DNA of 64,000 nt, from NCBI GenBank assembly GCA_937903605.1, contig CALCZC010000028.1, positions 70,680 to 134,679 of the forward strand. The letters are read 5' to 3'. The position numbers and the translations under genes are program-made. This stretch comes from an uncultured bacterium (GTDB lineage: Bacteria; Patescibacteriota; Patescibacteriia; Magasanikbacterales; GWA2-37-8). Positions 1 through 8,277 of this stretch are shown piece by piece (the stretch's first letter is position 1; every line of letters starts with the position of its first letter). Under the pieces are notes generated by a model. It ran no database searches. It was not told where the DNA came from and saw only the letters and a list, made by a program, of their open reading frames with translations.

Positions 1-648
1 ATCTTCCCCTATCAAACTATTGAAAAGTGTAGATTTTCCAACATTTGGTTTTCCAATCAGAGCTACTTTTATCGGGTTAAAATCTTTTTCTTGTTTCGGG
101 CGAATTTTTGTTTTATTGAGTTGTTTATAAAGTAGATCCAAAAAATCTCCGATATTACTGCCATTACCTGCGGAAACCGGAACTGGTTCTCCTAAACCAA
201 GTTTGAGCCAATCTCCGTCATGGGCACGTAAACGAAAAGACGCATTGTCGGCTTTGTTGGCTACTAAAATAACTGGTTTATTTTTTGCTTTTTGTCTGAG
301 GTGGCGGGCCAATTCTTTTTCTTGCGGTAAAAGTTCATCCTGAATATCTACGACAAAAACTATCACATCGGCTTCGTTTAGAGCAATTTCGGTTTGGGTT
401 ATAATCTCTTTTTCCAAAGGAACATTTTCATCAAAAGTAAGTCCGCCAGTGTCAATCAAGCGAAATTGTTTGCCGCGCCAAGAAGCAGTGCCGATGTTAC
501 GAGTGCGTGTGGTGCCGGGAATATTGGAAACTAGAGCATGTGCTGTTTCAGTGATTTTATTAAAAAGTGTGGATTTGCCAACATTAACTCTCCCGACCAA
601 AGCAACGGCAGGTAAATTTGTATTTATAATTTTTGCGGGAGTAGACAT
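1..648 (-). CDS. der: Ribosome biogenesis GTPase Der/EngA (N-terminal part; continues past the left edge)
   Basis: Manual translation from ATG at 648: VALVGRVNVGKSTLFN (G1 of GD1), GTTR, LIDTGG, NKAD, then a second P-loop LIGKPNVGKSTLFN near base 1. Not in the ORF track because no stop lies in the window. Confidence 0.95.
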   Translation of the reverse strand, partial: MSTPAKIINTNLPAVALVGRVNVGKSTLFNKITETAHALVSNIPGTTRTRNIGTASWRGKQFRLIDTGGLTFDENVPLEKEIITQTEIALNEADVIVFVVDIQDELLPQEKELARHLRQKAKNKPVILVANKADNASFRLRAHDGDWLKLGLGEPVPVSAGNGSNIGDFLDLLYKQLNKTKIRPKQEKDFNPIKVALIGKPNVGKSTLFNSLIGED

Positions 649-732
649 ATAACCAATTTTTAATTTTTAATTTTCAATTTTTAATTCCGCAGGTTCGTAA
701 TTTCGTAGTATTTTCGTAGTTCGTAGGTAATT

Positions 733-2292
733 TTATTCTTTCGCATCCGTGCCAAGAACGATAAGAATATCAGAAATTAGCGGATTTGTCAAGGTTTTTT
801 CTTCGTTTTCTTCATCTTCCAATCCCTCGTAATTATTGGGTAAACTAGAAGTAGGGGTAGAAAATTTTACCAAATACCATTGGGGTAATGAACTTACTAT
901 TTTACCTGGTATTTCTTTGGTTAAAGCATCCAAAATTTCTTGTTGTAAATCTTTTGTAGCCAAATAAATTGTAGTTTTTTCTACTGGTCTATTATCAGCA
1001 TTACCGACATTGATCACGTTAAACCCTTCGTCGCTAAGTTTACTTTGATAACGAGAAGCTAGACCAGCACGCCAGGTGCCATTATAAATTTCTATTTTTA
1101 CATTTGGCCAAATAGGAATAGTGTGGCGTTTGTCGGTAGAGGAAACATTATCTTTTTCTTCGTTAAACTTATAGACAGACTCATCATTGATAACCGCTGT
1201 CCAATTGGGAGTAGTAGTAACATTAAGAAATATTTTGGCGATGGCATAATTGATATAATCCATTTTTCCGCCACGCGGAGCCAACATAAATGCTCCGTTG
1301 TTACCAATATATGGAACAGTAAAACCATTTATTCCACTATCAAGTACCAGATTTTTTACATCATCTGTTCCGGTATTTTTTACCAAATTTCCCAAATAAA
1401 TAATTTGTCCAATATTTAGATTGGTTTTGATATGGGCGGCAAGCGAATCAAAAATTTCTTTGACTTTTATGGGATTGCTATAAGTTTCAAAAGATAATAG
1501 TTTGTCTTTGAGTAAAGACATGATTTGTTGTTGACGACGAGATCTGGCAAAATCAGAATTTTCACCATTGGTGCCATGTCGAGAACGAGAGTAAATCAAG
1601 GCTCTGGCTCCATCCATCAATTCTGTTCCTTTTATAAATTCTATGGTTTGATAAGAATAATTTGGACCGGGATAAGCTTGATCGACAAATGAATTTTTTA
1701 TTTCAACATCAAGTCCGCCAACTAAGTTTATTATTTCTTCAAAAGCTTTGAAATCAACACGTACATAATAGGGGATAGAAATTCCAAAATTTTCTTCAAA
1801 TACTTTTCGCGCATATTCACCGCCTTGTCCGGGGGTAATCATTTCACCCAAAGCGCTAGCATAATTTATTTTATTGATACCTTTATCCGCGATTTGTACA
1901 GCCAAATCGCGCGGAATAGAAACCATGGCCACTTCTTTGGTGCTGGGTTTGATGCTGACGATGATATTGGTATCGGATAGATAAGGTCCGTCGTGACCTT
2001 CTCCGCCGATACCGAGTAATAAAATATTTATACGATCCTCTTTTTGACCTTCTAGTAGTTCATTATTGTGAAATAATAGATTTTTAACCGAAGAAAAAAT
2101 TCCGAATTTTTTCGGTTCCAATATTTCCAAACCGCCATTTTTAGCGGTTTTGATATTTTGATAAGCCAGAAAAGAAAGTAAAACTAAAAAAATACCGGTC
2201 AGTAAATACCAGAGCCAAATTTTTTTAGGTTTTTTTAAAGTAAAACCGCCGATTTTTTCCTCTAGAATCGGCTTTTCTTCATTACTTTCCAT
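733..2292 (-). CDS. LCP (LytR-CpsA-Psr) family protein with C-terminal LytR_C domain
   Basis: N-terminal TM, INILLLG, SDT, SIPRDL, KIN, DFARSRRQQ motifs; C-terminal IEIYNGT..AGLA...ILIVLG. Start moved to ATG 2292 (MESNEE). Confidence 0.92.
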   Translation of the reverse strand: MESNEEKPILEEKIGGFTLKKPKKIWLWYLLTGIFLVLLSFLAYQNIKTAKNGGLEILEPKKFGIFSSVKNLLFHNNELLEGQKEDRINILLLGIGGEGHDGPYLSDTNIIVSIKPSTKEVAMVSIPRDLAVQIADKGINKINYASALGEMITPGQGGEYARKVFEENFGISIPYYVRVDFKAFEEIINLVGGLDVEIKNSFVDQAYPGPNYSYQTIEFIKGTELMDGARALIYSRSRHGTNGENSDFARSRRQQQIMSLLKDKLLSFETYSNPIKVKEIFDSLAAHIKTNLNIGQIIYLGNLVKNTGTDDVKNLVLDSGINGFTVPYIGNNGAFMLAPRGGKMDYINYAIAKIFLNVTTTPNWTAVINDESVYKFNEEKDNVSSTDKRHTIPIWPNVKIEIYNGTWRAGLASRYQSKLSDEGFNVINVGNADNRPVEKTTIYLATKDLQQEILDALTKEIPGKIVSSLPQWYLVKFSTPTSSLPNNYEGLEDEENEEKTLTNPLISDILIVLGTDAKE

Positions 2293-2434
2293 ACGAAAAT
2301 GATTATAACACAGCAAATTTTTTAATTCAACCCTATTGATTTAAGCCAAAAAATCCTATTGATAACTTTTTGGTGATGTGTTAAAATTAGGTAGAGAAGG
2401 GGGTTTTTGTTTTTATAACCAGAGGAGCAAAATA

Positions 2435-2517
2435 GGATTCATAGCCTGCCTGCCGGCAGGCAGGCTCAGTGGTTACCAACCCGAACGTACCATTCGGTGC
2501 GGACGGGGAGCGCTGCA
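2435..2517 (+). pseudogene. Interrupted tRNA 5'-half fragment carrying two palindromic insertions
   Basis: Removing 2445-2464 and 2476-2507 gives GGATTCATAGCTCAGTGGTTAGAGCGCTGCA, similar to the 5' half of the downstream tRNA-Val (GGATGATTAGCTCAGTTGGTTAGAGTGTTGCA). Confidence 0.6.
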
Positions 2518-2558
2518 ACCTTAAATAATAATGAAGTCTGGAGGGAATGAATTATTCT

Positions 2559-2632
2559 GGATGATTAGCTCAGTTGGTTAGAGTGTTGCATTCACATTGC
2601 AAAGGTCACTGGTTCGAATCCAGTATCATCCA
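2559..2632 (+). tRNA. tRNA-Val(CAC)
   Basis: Acceptor GGATGAT/ATCATCC, D arm AGCTCAGTTGGTTAGAG, anticodon arm TTGCA-TTCACAT-TGCAA, T loop GTTCGAATC. CCA not encoded. Confidence 0.95.
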
Positions 2633-2647
2633 CATAAATATTTAAAT

Positions 2648-3154
2648 ATGTCACAAGATTTAACCAAAGAACAAGTCAATTTTGGAGAAATAGTCTTCTC
2701 TTGGAGTTTCAAAGAATATGAAAAACACGTACGTTCAACTCGTTGGTATTGGCTGATGAGTATTATTGGTTTGGCGATGCTAATTTTTGCGATTCTATCA
2801 CAAAATTATTTGTTTGCGATTATTATAGTTTTGTTTTCCATTATTATTTTTTTGCAGGATAAAAACGATCCCATTGAAATACCTTTTGCCATTGCAGAAA
2901 CAGGCATCATTATAGGTAATAAATATTATAGATTTAGCGAATTAAAAGATTTTTGGGTTATCTACAATCCGCCGGAAGTGAAAGTTTTATATTTTGGTCT
3001 TAAAGAGGTTTTTAAACACCGTTTACATATACCTCTGGGCGATATTGATCCCAGGCCAATTCACGAATATATTAGTCGATTTGTAACTGAAAATTTGGAA
3101 GAGGAAGACGAACCGTTTTCCGATAAAATGGGTCGCCTCTTGAAATTACATTAA
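2648..3154 (+). CDS. Conserved two-TM membrane protein (DUF5673-like, common in CPR)
   Basis: W.F.EY.KH.RS..WY motif, two TM helices, soluble C-terminus. Start moved to ATG 2648 because the track start overlaps the tRNA. Confidence 0.75.
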   Translation: MSQDLTKEQVNFGEIVFSWSFKEYEKHVRSTRWYWLMSIIGLAMLIFAILSQNYLFAIIIVLFSIIIFLQDKNDPIEIPFAIAETGIIIGNKYYRFSELKDFWVIYNPPEVKVLYFGLKEVFKHRLHIPLGDIDPRPIHEYISRFVTENLEEEDEPFSDKMGRLLKLH

Positions 3155-3222
3155 AATTGTGCTAAGATAAACACGCTCCAAAAATAGGTGCTTAAAAGCA
3201 TCTATTTTTAAGCCAAAATTTT

Positions 3223-3294
3223 GGTCTCGTCGTTCAACGGATAGGACGCAAGCTTGCGGAGCTTGCAATCTAGGTTCGATTCCTAGCGAGATCA
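3223..3294 (+). tRNA. tRNA-Arg(GCG)
   Basis: Acceptor GGTCTCG/CGAGATC, anticodon arm CAAGC-TTGCGGA-GCTTG, T arm CTAGG-TTCGATT-CCTAG. Confidence 0.95.
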
Positions 3295-3295
3295 C

Positions 3296-3334
3296 AAAAA
3301 TAATACCGCCCAAATAGGGGCGGTATTATTTTTG
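3296..3334. terminator. Bidirectional intrinsic terminator after tRNA-Arg
   Basis: AAAAATAATACCGCCC...GGGCGGTATTATTTTT inverted repeat with A/T tails. Confidence 0.75.
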
Positions 3335-3368
3335 TTTTTCTCTCGCTCGGAGTCGAACTTGAAAGGGT

Positions 3369-3977
3369 TTAAAGTTCTTCCAAAAATTTATTTAAGTGAG
3401 TTAGAGTATCTGATTTTTGATTTACTTTTAAAGCGTTGCCCCCCAATCTAGAAAACACTTCGCAAGTATTTGCCGAATCTTCAATTAAATAAGCATCTGA
3501 TATTTTGCTGTTAAAAGATGTTAAAGAATCAATAAATTGTTTTCCGTTATCATCTGTTTTCAACATGCCGGTGTCATAAGAATTAATCACATGATCAAAT
3601 AATTTATCTAATTTTAAAGAGGGGACAGTAAAACGACTAAAACAATCCATATTGCCGGTAATAAGAACAGCATGATGTTTTTTTCTTAATTTTTGGATTA
3701 TTTCAATTGTTTTATTATCTACTTTCATTTTTTGGCAATCTGAGACAAACGATTCCCAAACTTCCTTTTCAGGTAAGTTGGCCCTCTCGCTTAATAATTT
3801 ATTAATTTCCTCCGAAGTATGTTTGCCTCGCATCCAATTTTTTATCATTTCTTTTTCCGTAACAAAAAAATCGGCCACAACCTGAGAAAATGTGGGGTTT
3901 TTTGCGCTTAAAGTTTCCCAGAAACGGGAAAAACAAAGCGTGCCGTCCCAATCTATAAAAACTACTTTTCTTTTCAT
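3369..3977 (-). CDS. HAD-superfamily hydrolase
   Basis: Motif I VFIDWDGTL, motif II LITGN, Lys of motif III (MLK), motif IV LIEDS. Confidence 0.85.
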   Translation of the reverse strand: MKRKVVFIDWDGTLCFSRFWETLSAKNPTFSQVVADFFVTEKEMIKNWMRGKHTSEEINKLLSERANLPEKEVWESFVSDCQKMKVDNKTIEIIQKLRKKHHAVLITGNMDCFSRFTVPSLKLDKLFDHVINSYDTGMLKTDDNGKQFIDSLTSFNSKISDAYLIEDSANTCEVFSRLGGNALKVNQKSDTLTHLNKFLEEL

Positions 3978-4252
3978 ATCTTTTATTATATCACGATAGT
4001 GCCCTTTAGCGTCTCATTTGCCTCATTTTTAATCGTTTTTTGGCTAATCTTAGACCCCGACCGAGGTGCTTAGCAAAATAAAATGAGACATATCCAAAAA
4101 AGCTCTCAACACATTGATTTTTACCTGTTCTAGACCGTAGTAGTTCATATAATTAAAATCGCCTAGTTTGTGGACGGTTTTATTTTTGTTTTTTCTCGAT
4201 AGGAATCGAACTTTTTATTTCAATTCTTTATGCTATAATATCAGCAGTAAAT

Positions 4253-6361
4253 ATGCTTTTATCCACCCCTGTTTCTCAATTGAATAAAGTCGGGAAAAAG
4301 ACCGCCGGCCATCTCAAACGTCTCAACATCAAAAATGTCGGAGATCTTTTGTCATACTTTCCTTTCCGCTACGAAGATTACCGCCAGATTTACAAAATAC
4401 GAGATTTACAAGAGGGGATGACTGCTACGGTTTTGGCGCGAGTGGAATTTATAAATAGTAAAAGAAGTAGACGACGTGGAAAAAACATTACTGAGGCTAT
4501 GGTGGGTGATGACAGCGGGTCTTTGCGCTTGATTTGGTTTAACCAACCGTATATTGCCAAGATTTTGCAAACAGGGGATCAAATATATTTATCCGGTAAA
4601 ATAAGCTCTGACATTTTTGGGGTCAAAATGAACAGTCCCCAATACGAGAAATTTAAAGAACGCCAAGCGCACACCGCGAGATTAGTGCCTATGTATCCGC
4701 TAACCCACGGTGTATCACAAAAACAGATGCGATTTTTGATGGAGCAGGTCTTACCTTTGACAGATAAAATGAAGGATTGGCTTCCTGAAAAGTTTATTGA
4801 AAAATATGATTTTGTACCTTTATCCGGAGCGGTGCGCGGAATTCATTTTCCAAACGATGAAATTGAACTAAAACAAAGCACAGACAGATTAAAATTCAAT
4901 GAATTGTTGCTTTTACAACTCAAAGCTGAAATCACGCGCGCTAGCAGGGCAAAAAGAAACGCGCCAAAGATGGAGTTTTTTGAAAACGAAATAAAAAATT
5001 TTGTTTTGGGTTTGCCTTATAAATTAACTGATACACAAAGAAGATCAGCCTGGGAGATTTTACAGGATTTACAAAAAGATATACCTATGAACAGATTACT
5101 TTCTGGAGATGTAGGTTCGGGAAAAACAATAGTGGCCGGTATTTGCTTGCTCAATGTGATTTTAAATGGTTATCAAGGTGTTTTGATGGCACCCACTGAA
5201 ATATTGGCCAATCAGCACTACAATACTCTTTGTAAATTACTTGGCGACAAAGTAAAAATCGCGATTTTAACAAATTCTAAATCTGAAATCATAAATCATC
5301 AATCTAAAATTGGGACAAAATTAGGCCAGAAGAAAGAAGTACTTGATAAGATTGGGCATGGTGAAGTAGACATCGTTGTCGGTACCCATGCACTGCTCGG
5401 TGACAAGGTGGGTTTTTCCAAATTGGGCATGGTGGTGGTGGATGAGCAACACCGATTCGGAGTAAATCAGAGAAAAACCATTAAAGAAAAAAGCGAAGGC
5501 ACGCATTTTTTGAGCATGACGGCTACGCCGATACCGCGATCTTTCGCTCTGATGGTTTATGGCGACTTGGATGTTTCTATTATTTCGCAAATGCCAATGG
5601 GGCGAAAAAAAATATTGACCAGGTTGGTGGAGGAGCATAACCGCCAAAAGGCTTATGAATTTATTCGCACCCAAGTGAAGCAGGGAAGGCAGGTTTTCGT
5701 GATTTGTCCGCTTATTGAAGAAAAAAAGAAAGAAGATGAAATAGAAATAACCAACTATCGTCCGGTTTGGAGCGCGTTGCTCGAGAAAAAAAGTGTGGTA
5801 AAAGAATTTGAAAAATTAAGCAAGACAGTGTTTCCCGATTTGAAAGTTGTTTATTTACACGGCAAAATGAAAACTGATGAAAAGGACGCGGTTATGGAAA
5901 AGTTTAAAAACAAAGAAGCTGATATTTTGGTGTCTACTTCCGTGGTGGAAGTCGGAGTGGATATTCCAAATGCTACGGTAATGATGATAGAAAATGCGGA
6001 AAGATTCGGATTGGCACAGTTGCATCAATTCCGCGGACGCGTCGGCAGGAGTGCTTACCAGTCGTATTGTTTTCTATTTACCCAAAACAGCGGACAAAAA
6101 GTTTCAGAACGTTTAAAATATTTTGAAAAAGAAAACAGCGGTTTCAAATTGGCGGAAAAGGATTTGGAAATTAGAGGGCCCGGTGATGTTTACGGTACAG
6201 CGCAAAGCGGAGAGGAAAATTTGCGTTTAGCTAAGCTTACTGATCAAGAATTGGTAAAAAAAGCGCGCGAAGTTGCCCGTGATATTGCGGTTGATTTTGA
6301 AAAATATCCGATTATAAAAAAGAAATTTTTTTCTTGGGAGAAAAGTGTACACTTAGAATAA
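4253..6361 (+). CDS. recG: ATP-dependent DNA helicase RecG
   Basis: Wedge OB domain, GDVGSGKT, MAPTEILA, DEQHRFG, MTATPIPR, QLHQFRGRVGR, DLEIRGPG. Confidence 0.98.
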   Translation: MLLSTPVSQLNKVGKKTAGHLKRLNIKNVGDLLSYFPFRYEDYRQIYKIRDLQEGMTATVLARVEFINSKRSRRRGKNITEAMVGDDSGSLRLIWFNQPYIAKILQTGDQIYLSGKISSDIFGVKMNSPQYEKFKERQAHTARLVPMYPLTHGVSQKQMRFLMEQVLPLTDKMKDWLPEKFIEKYDFVPLSGAVRGIHFPNDEIELKQSTDRLKFNELLLLQLKAEITRASRAKRNAPKMEFFENEIKNFVLGLPYKLTDTQRRSAWEILQDLQKDIPMNRLLSGDVGSGKTIVAGICLLNVILNGYQGVLMAPTEILANQHYNTLCKLLGDKVKIAILTNSKSEIINHQSKIGTKLGQKKEVLDKIGHGEVDIVVGTHALLGDKVGFSKLGMVVVDEQHRFGVNQRKTIKEKSEGTHFLSMTATPIPRSFALMVYGDLDVSIISQMPMGRKKILTRLVEEHNRQKAYEFIRTQVKQGRQVFVICPLIEEKKKEDEIEITNYRPVWSALLEKKSVVKEFEKLSKTVFPDLKVVYLHGKMKTDEKDAVMEKFKNKEADILVSTSVVEVGVDIPNATVMMIENAERFGLAQLHQFRGRVGRSAYQSYCFLFTQNSGQKVSERLKYFEKENSGFKLAEKDLEIRGPGDVYGTAQSGEENLRLAKLTDQELVKKAREVARDIAVDFEKYPIIKKKFFSWEKSVHLE

Positions 6362-6482
6362 TGTCCATTGTCATTCCTGCGAAAAAAGGAATAACAAGAT
6401 TTGTTAATAAAGCCCTTGAACTATCAAGGGTTTTATGTTAGAGTATTTGCGGTTCATTATTGTTTTTTAATGGAGGCGGTTT

Positions 6483-6881
6483 ATGCCAAGAGGTTCTGAA
6501 ATTTCCACTGCGGCCGAGGCGGTAGATGCTTTGTTCAAAAAAGCTTCTCCGTGCCGGCACCGCGAGTTGAAGGGAAAAGAAGCTGCATGCCATTTGACCC
6601 AGGTCGGAGCTATTGCCGAGTTTGTCGGCGAAGCTTCTGATTTGAAGGTCATTCCCGAAGGGGAAGTGACCGTCATGTTCTTTGACGGTTCCAAGGCCAG
6701 GCTTTTTTTCAGAAATTTGGTCTGCACAAGTGTCCAGGTGCTCGAAATGGGTACCCCGCCGAAGGAATTTTCGGACAAAGGGAAAAGAAAAGAAGCTGAA
6801 CAACTTTTTTATTTCACTAAACAGCAGGCTATTAAACCCTGCAACTGTTCCAGGTCTCTTCCCGGACTCAAACCCCTCTAA
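6483..6881 (+). CDS. Hypothetical orphan protein
   Basis: 132 aa ORF preceded by GGAGG at 6472-6476 and followed by a hairpin at 6905-6930; no family recognised. Confidence 0.5.
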   Translation: MPRGSEISTAAEAVDALFKKASPCRHRELKGKEAACHLTQVGAIAEFVGEASDLKVIPEGEVTVMFFDGSKARLFFRNLVCTSVQVLEMGTPPKEFSDKGKRKEAEQLFYFTKQQAIKPCNCSRSLPGLKPL

Positions 6882-6904
6882 CTAGAGGATTATTAGTTAC
6901 TTTA

Positions 6905-6930
6905 AAACCACCCTTGCGGGTGGTTTTTTT
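6905..6930. terminator. Intrinsic terminator between convergent genes
   Basis: AAAACCACCC-TTGC-GGGTGGTTTTTTT. Confidence 0.75.
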
Positions 6931-8272
6931 ATGTATGTTTTATAATTTCTTGAATATTTTTTATTTCCATTATCTTGATTTTATCCGTCGGCTTAAGCTT
7001 GTTTTTTGTTCCCAAATTTGTAATCACCGCTTTCATCCCGAGTTGTTCGCATTCTTTTATTCTTTTTTCCGTATAGGGGACAGGTCTTATTTCACCGTTC
7101 AAACCGACTTCGCCAAAAGATGCCAGGCGCGCATCCAACGGTTTATCTTTGAAGGCGCTTGCAATGGCCAGTGCTGCGGCCAGATCTGCCGCCGGTTCGT
7201 CAGCTGTCAATCCACCAACGACATTTAGGTGAATATCATAAGATTCCAAATTCAGGCCAACTCTTTTTTGCAATACTGCTATCAAAACATGTAAACGATT
7301 GAGGTCAAATCCGCTGGCTTTGCGCACCGGATAACCAAAAGATGTTTTACTAACAAGGGCTTGGATTTCCAGGAGCATGGGACGTGTGCCTTCCATGAGA
7401 CAAGTAATAACATTGCCAGATAAATTTTCTTGTCGTTCGGAAAGGAAAGAAGCAGACGGGTTTTTTACTTCCTCTAATCCGTTTTGCGCCATATTGAAAA
7501 CTCCAACTTCATCCGTACTACCGAAACGATTTTTGACTGTGCGTAAAATGCGATAAAAATGATGGCGATCGCCTTCAAGATAAAGCACTGTATCAACTAA
7601 GTGTTCTAGGGTTTTTGGCCCGGCCACTTCGCCGTCTTTGGTCACATGACCAACTAAAACAATAGCTGTATTAGTAGTTTTGGCTACTTCCATTATTTTG
7701 GTAGCACACACACGAATTTGAGATAAACCACCAGCTTCGCCGTCTGATTCCGCGGAATATATTGTCTGGGCGGAATCAATCACGGCCAAGGTTGGTTTCT
7801 TTTCTTTGAGCGTGGCGATAATTTTTTCTACGTGCGTTTCGTTGGCGAGCATCAGTCCGTTGTTTTTTATATCCAATCTGTCGGCGCGCATTTTTATCTG
7901 TTCAATGGATTCTTCACCGGAAATATAAATAGTGTTTTTTATGGCGTTGGCCAATTGTAGGGCGATGGTGCTTTTGCCTATCCCGGGTTCACCGCCAAGA
8001 AGCACAAAACTTCCCGGAACCAATCCGCCTCCCAAAACTCTATCCATTTCACCAATGCCAGTCGCGATTCTTTTTGTTTCCGAACTCTTAATTTCATTTA
8101 ACGATACTGTTTTGATACTTGGATATGCCACTTCGTCTTTTTGGTCATTGGTCATTGGGGCTTGGGATTTATCGATAGTTCCCCATTTTCCGCATTCCAA
8201 ACAACGCCCAACCCATTTTTGAAATTGTGCGCCGCAATTGGAACAGATAAAAATCGTTTGGTTTTTGGACAT
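6929..8272 (-). CDS. radA: DNA repair protein RadA/Sms
   Basis: C4 zinc finger CSNCG..W.GRC.ECG.W, GEPGIGKST, KNRFG motif, Lon-like C-terminus. Likely start ATG 8272. Confidence 0.97.
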   Translation of the reverse strand: MSKNQTIFICSNCGAQFQKWVGRCLECGKWGTIDKSQAPMTNDQKDEVAYPSIKTVSLNEIKSSETKRIATGIGEMDRVLGGGLVPGSFVLLGGEPGIGKSTIALQLANAIKNTIYISGEESIEQIKMRADRLDIKNNGLMLANETHVEKIIATLKEKKPTLAVIDSAQTIYSAESDGEAGGLSQIRVCATKIMEVAKTTNTAIVLVGHVTKDGEVAGPKTLEHLVDTVLYLEGDRHHFYRILRTVKNRFGSTDEVGVFNMAQNGLEEVKNPSASFLSERQENLSGNVITCLMEGTRPMLLEIQALVSKTSFGYPVRKASGFDLNRLHVLIAVLQKRVGLNLESYDIHLNVVGGLTADEPAADLAAALAIASAFKDKPLDARLASFGEVGLNGEIRPVPYTEKRIKECEQLGMKAVITNLGTKNKLKPTDKIKIMEIKNIQEIIKHT

Positions 8273-8277
8273 AATAA

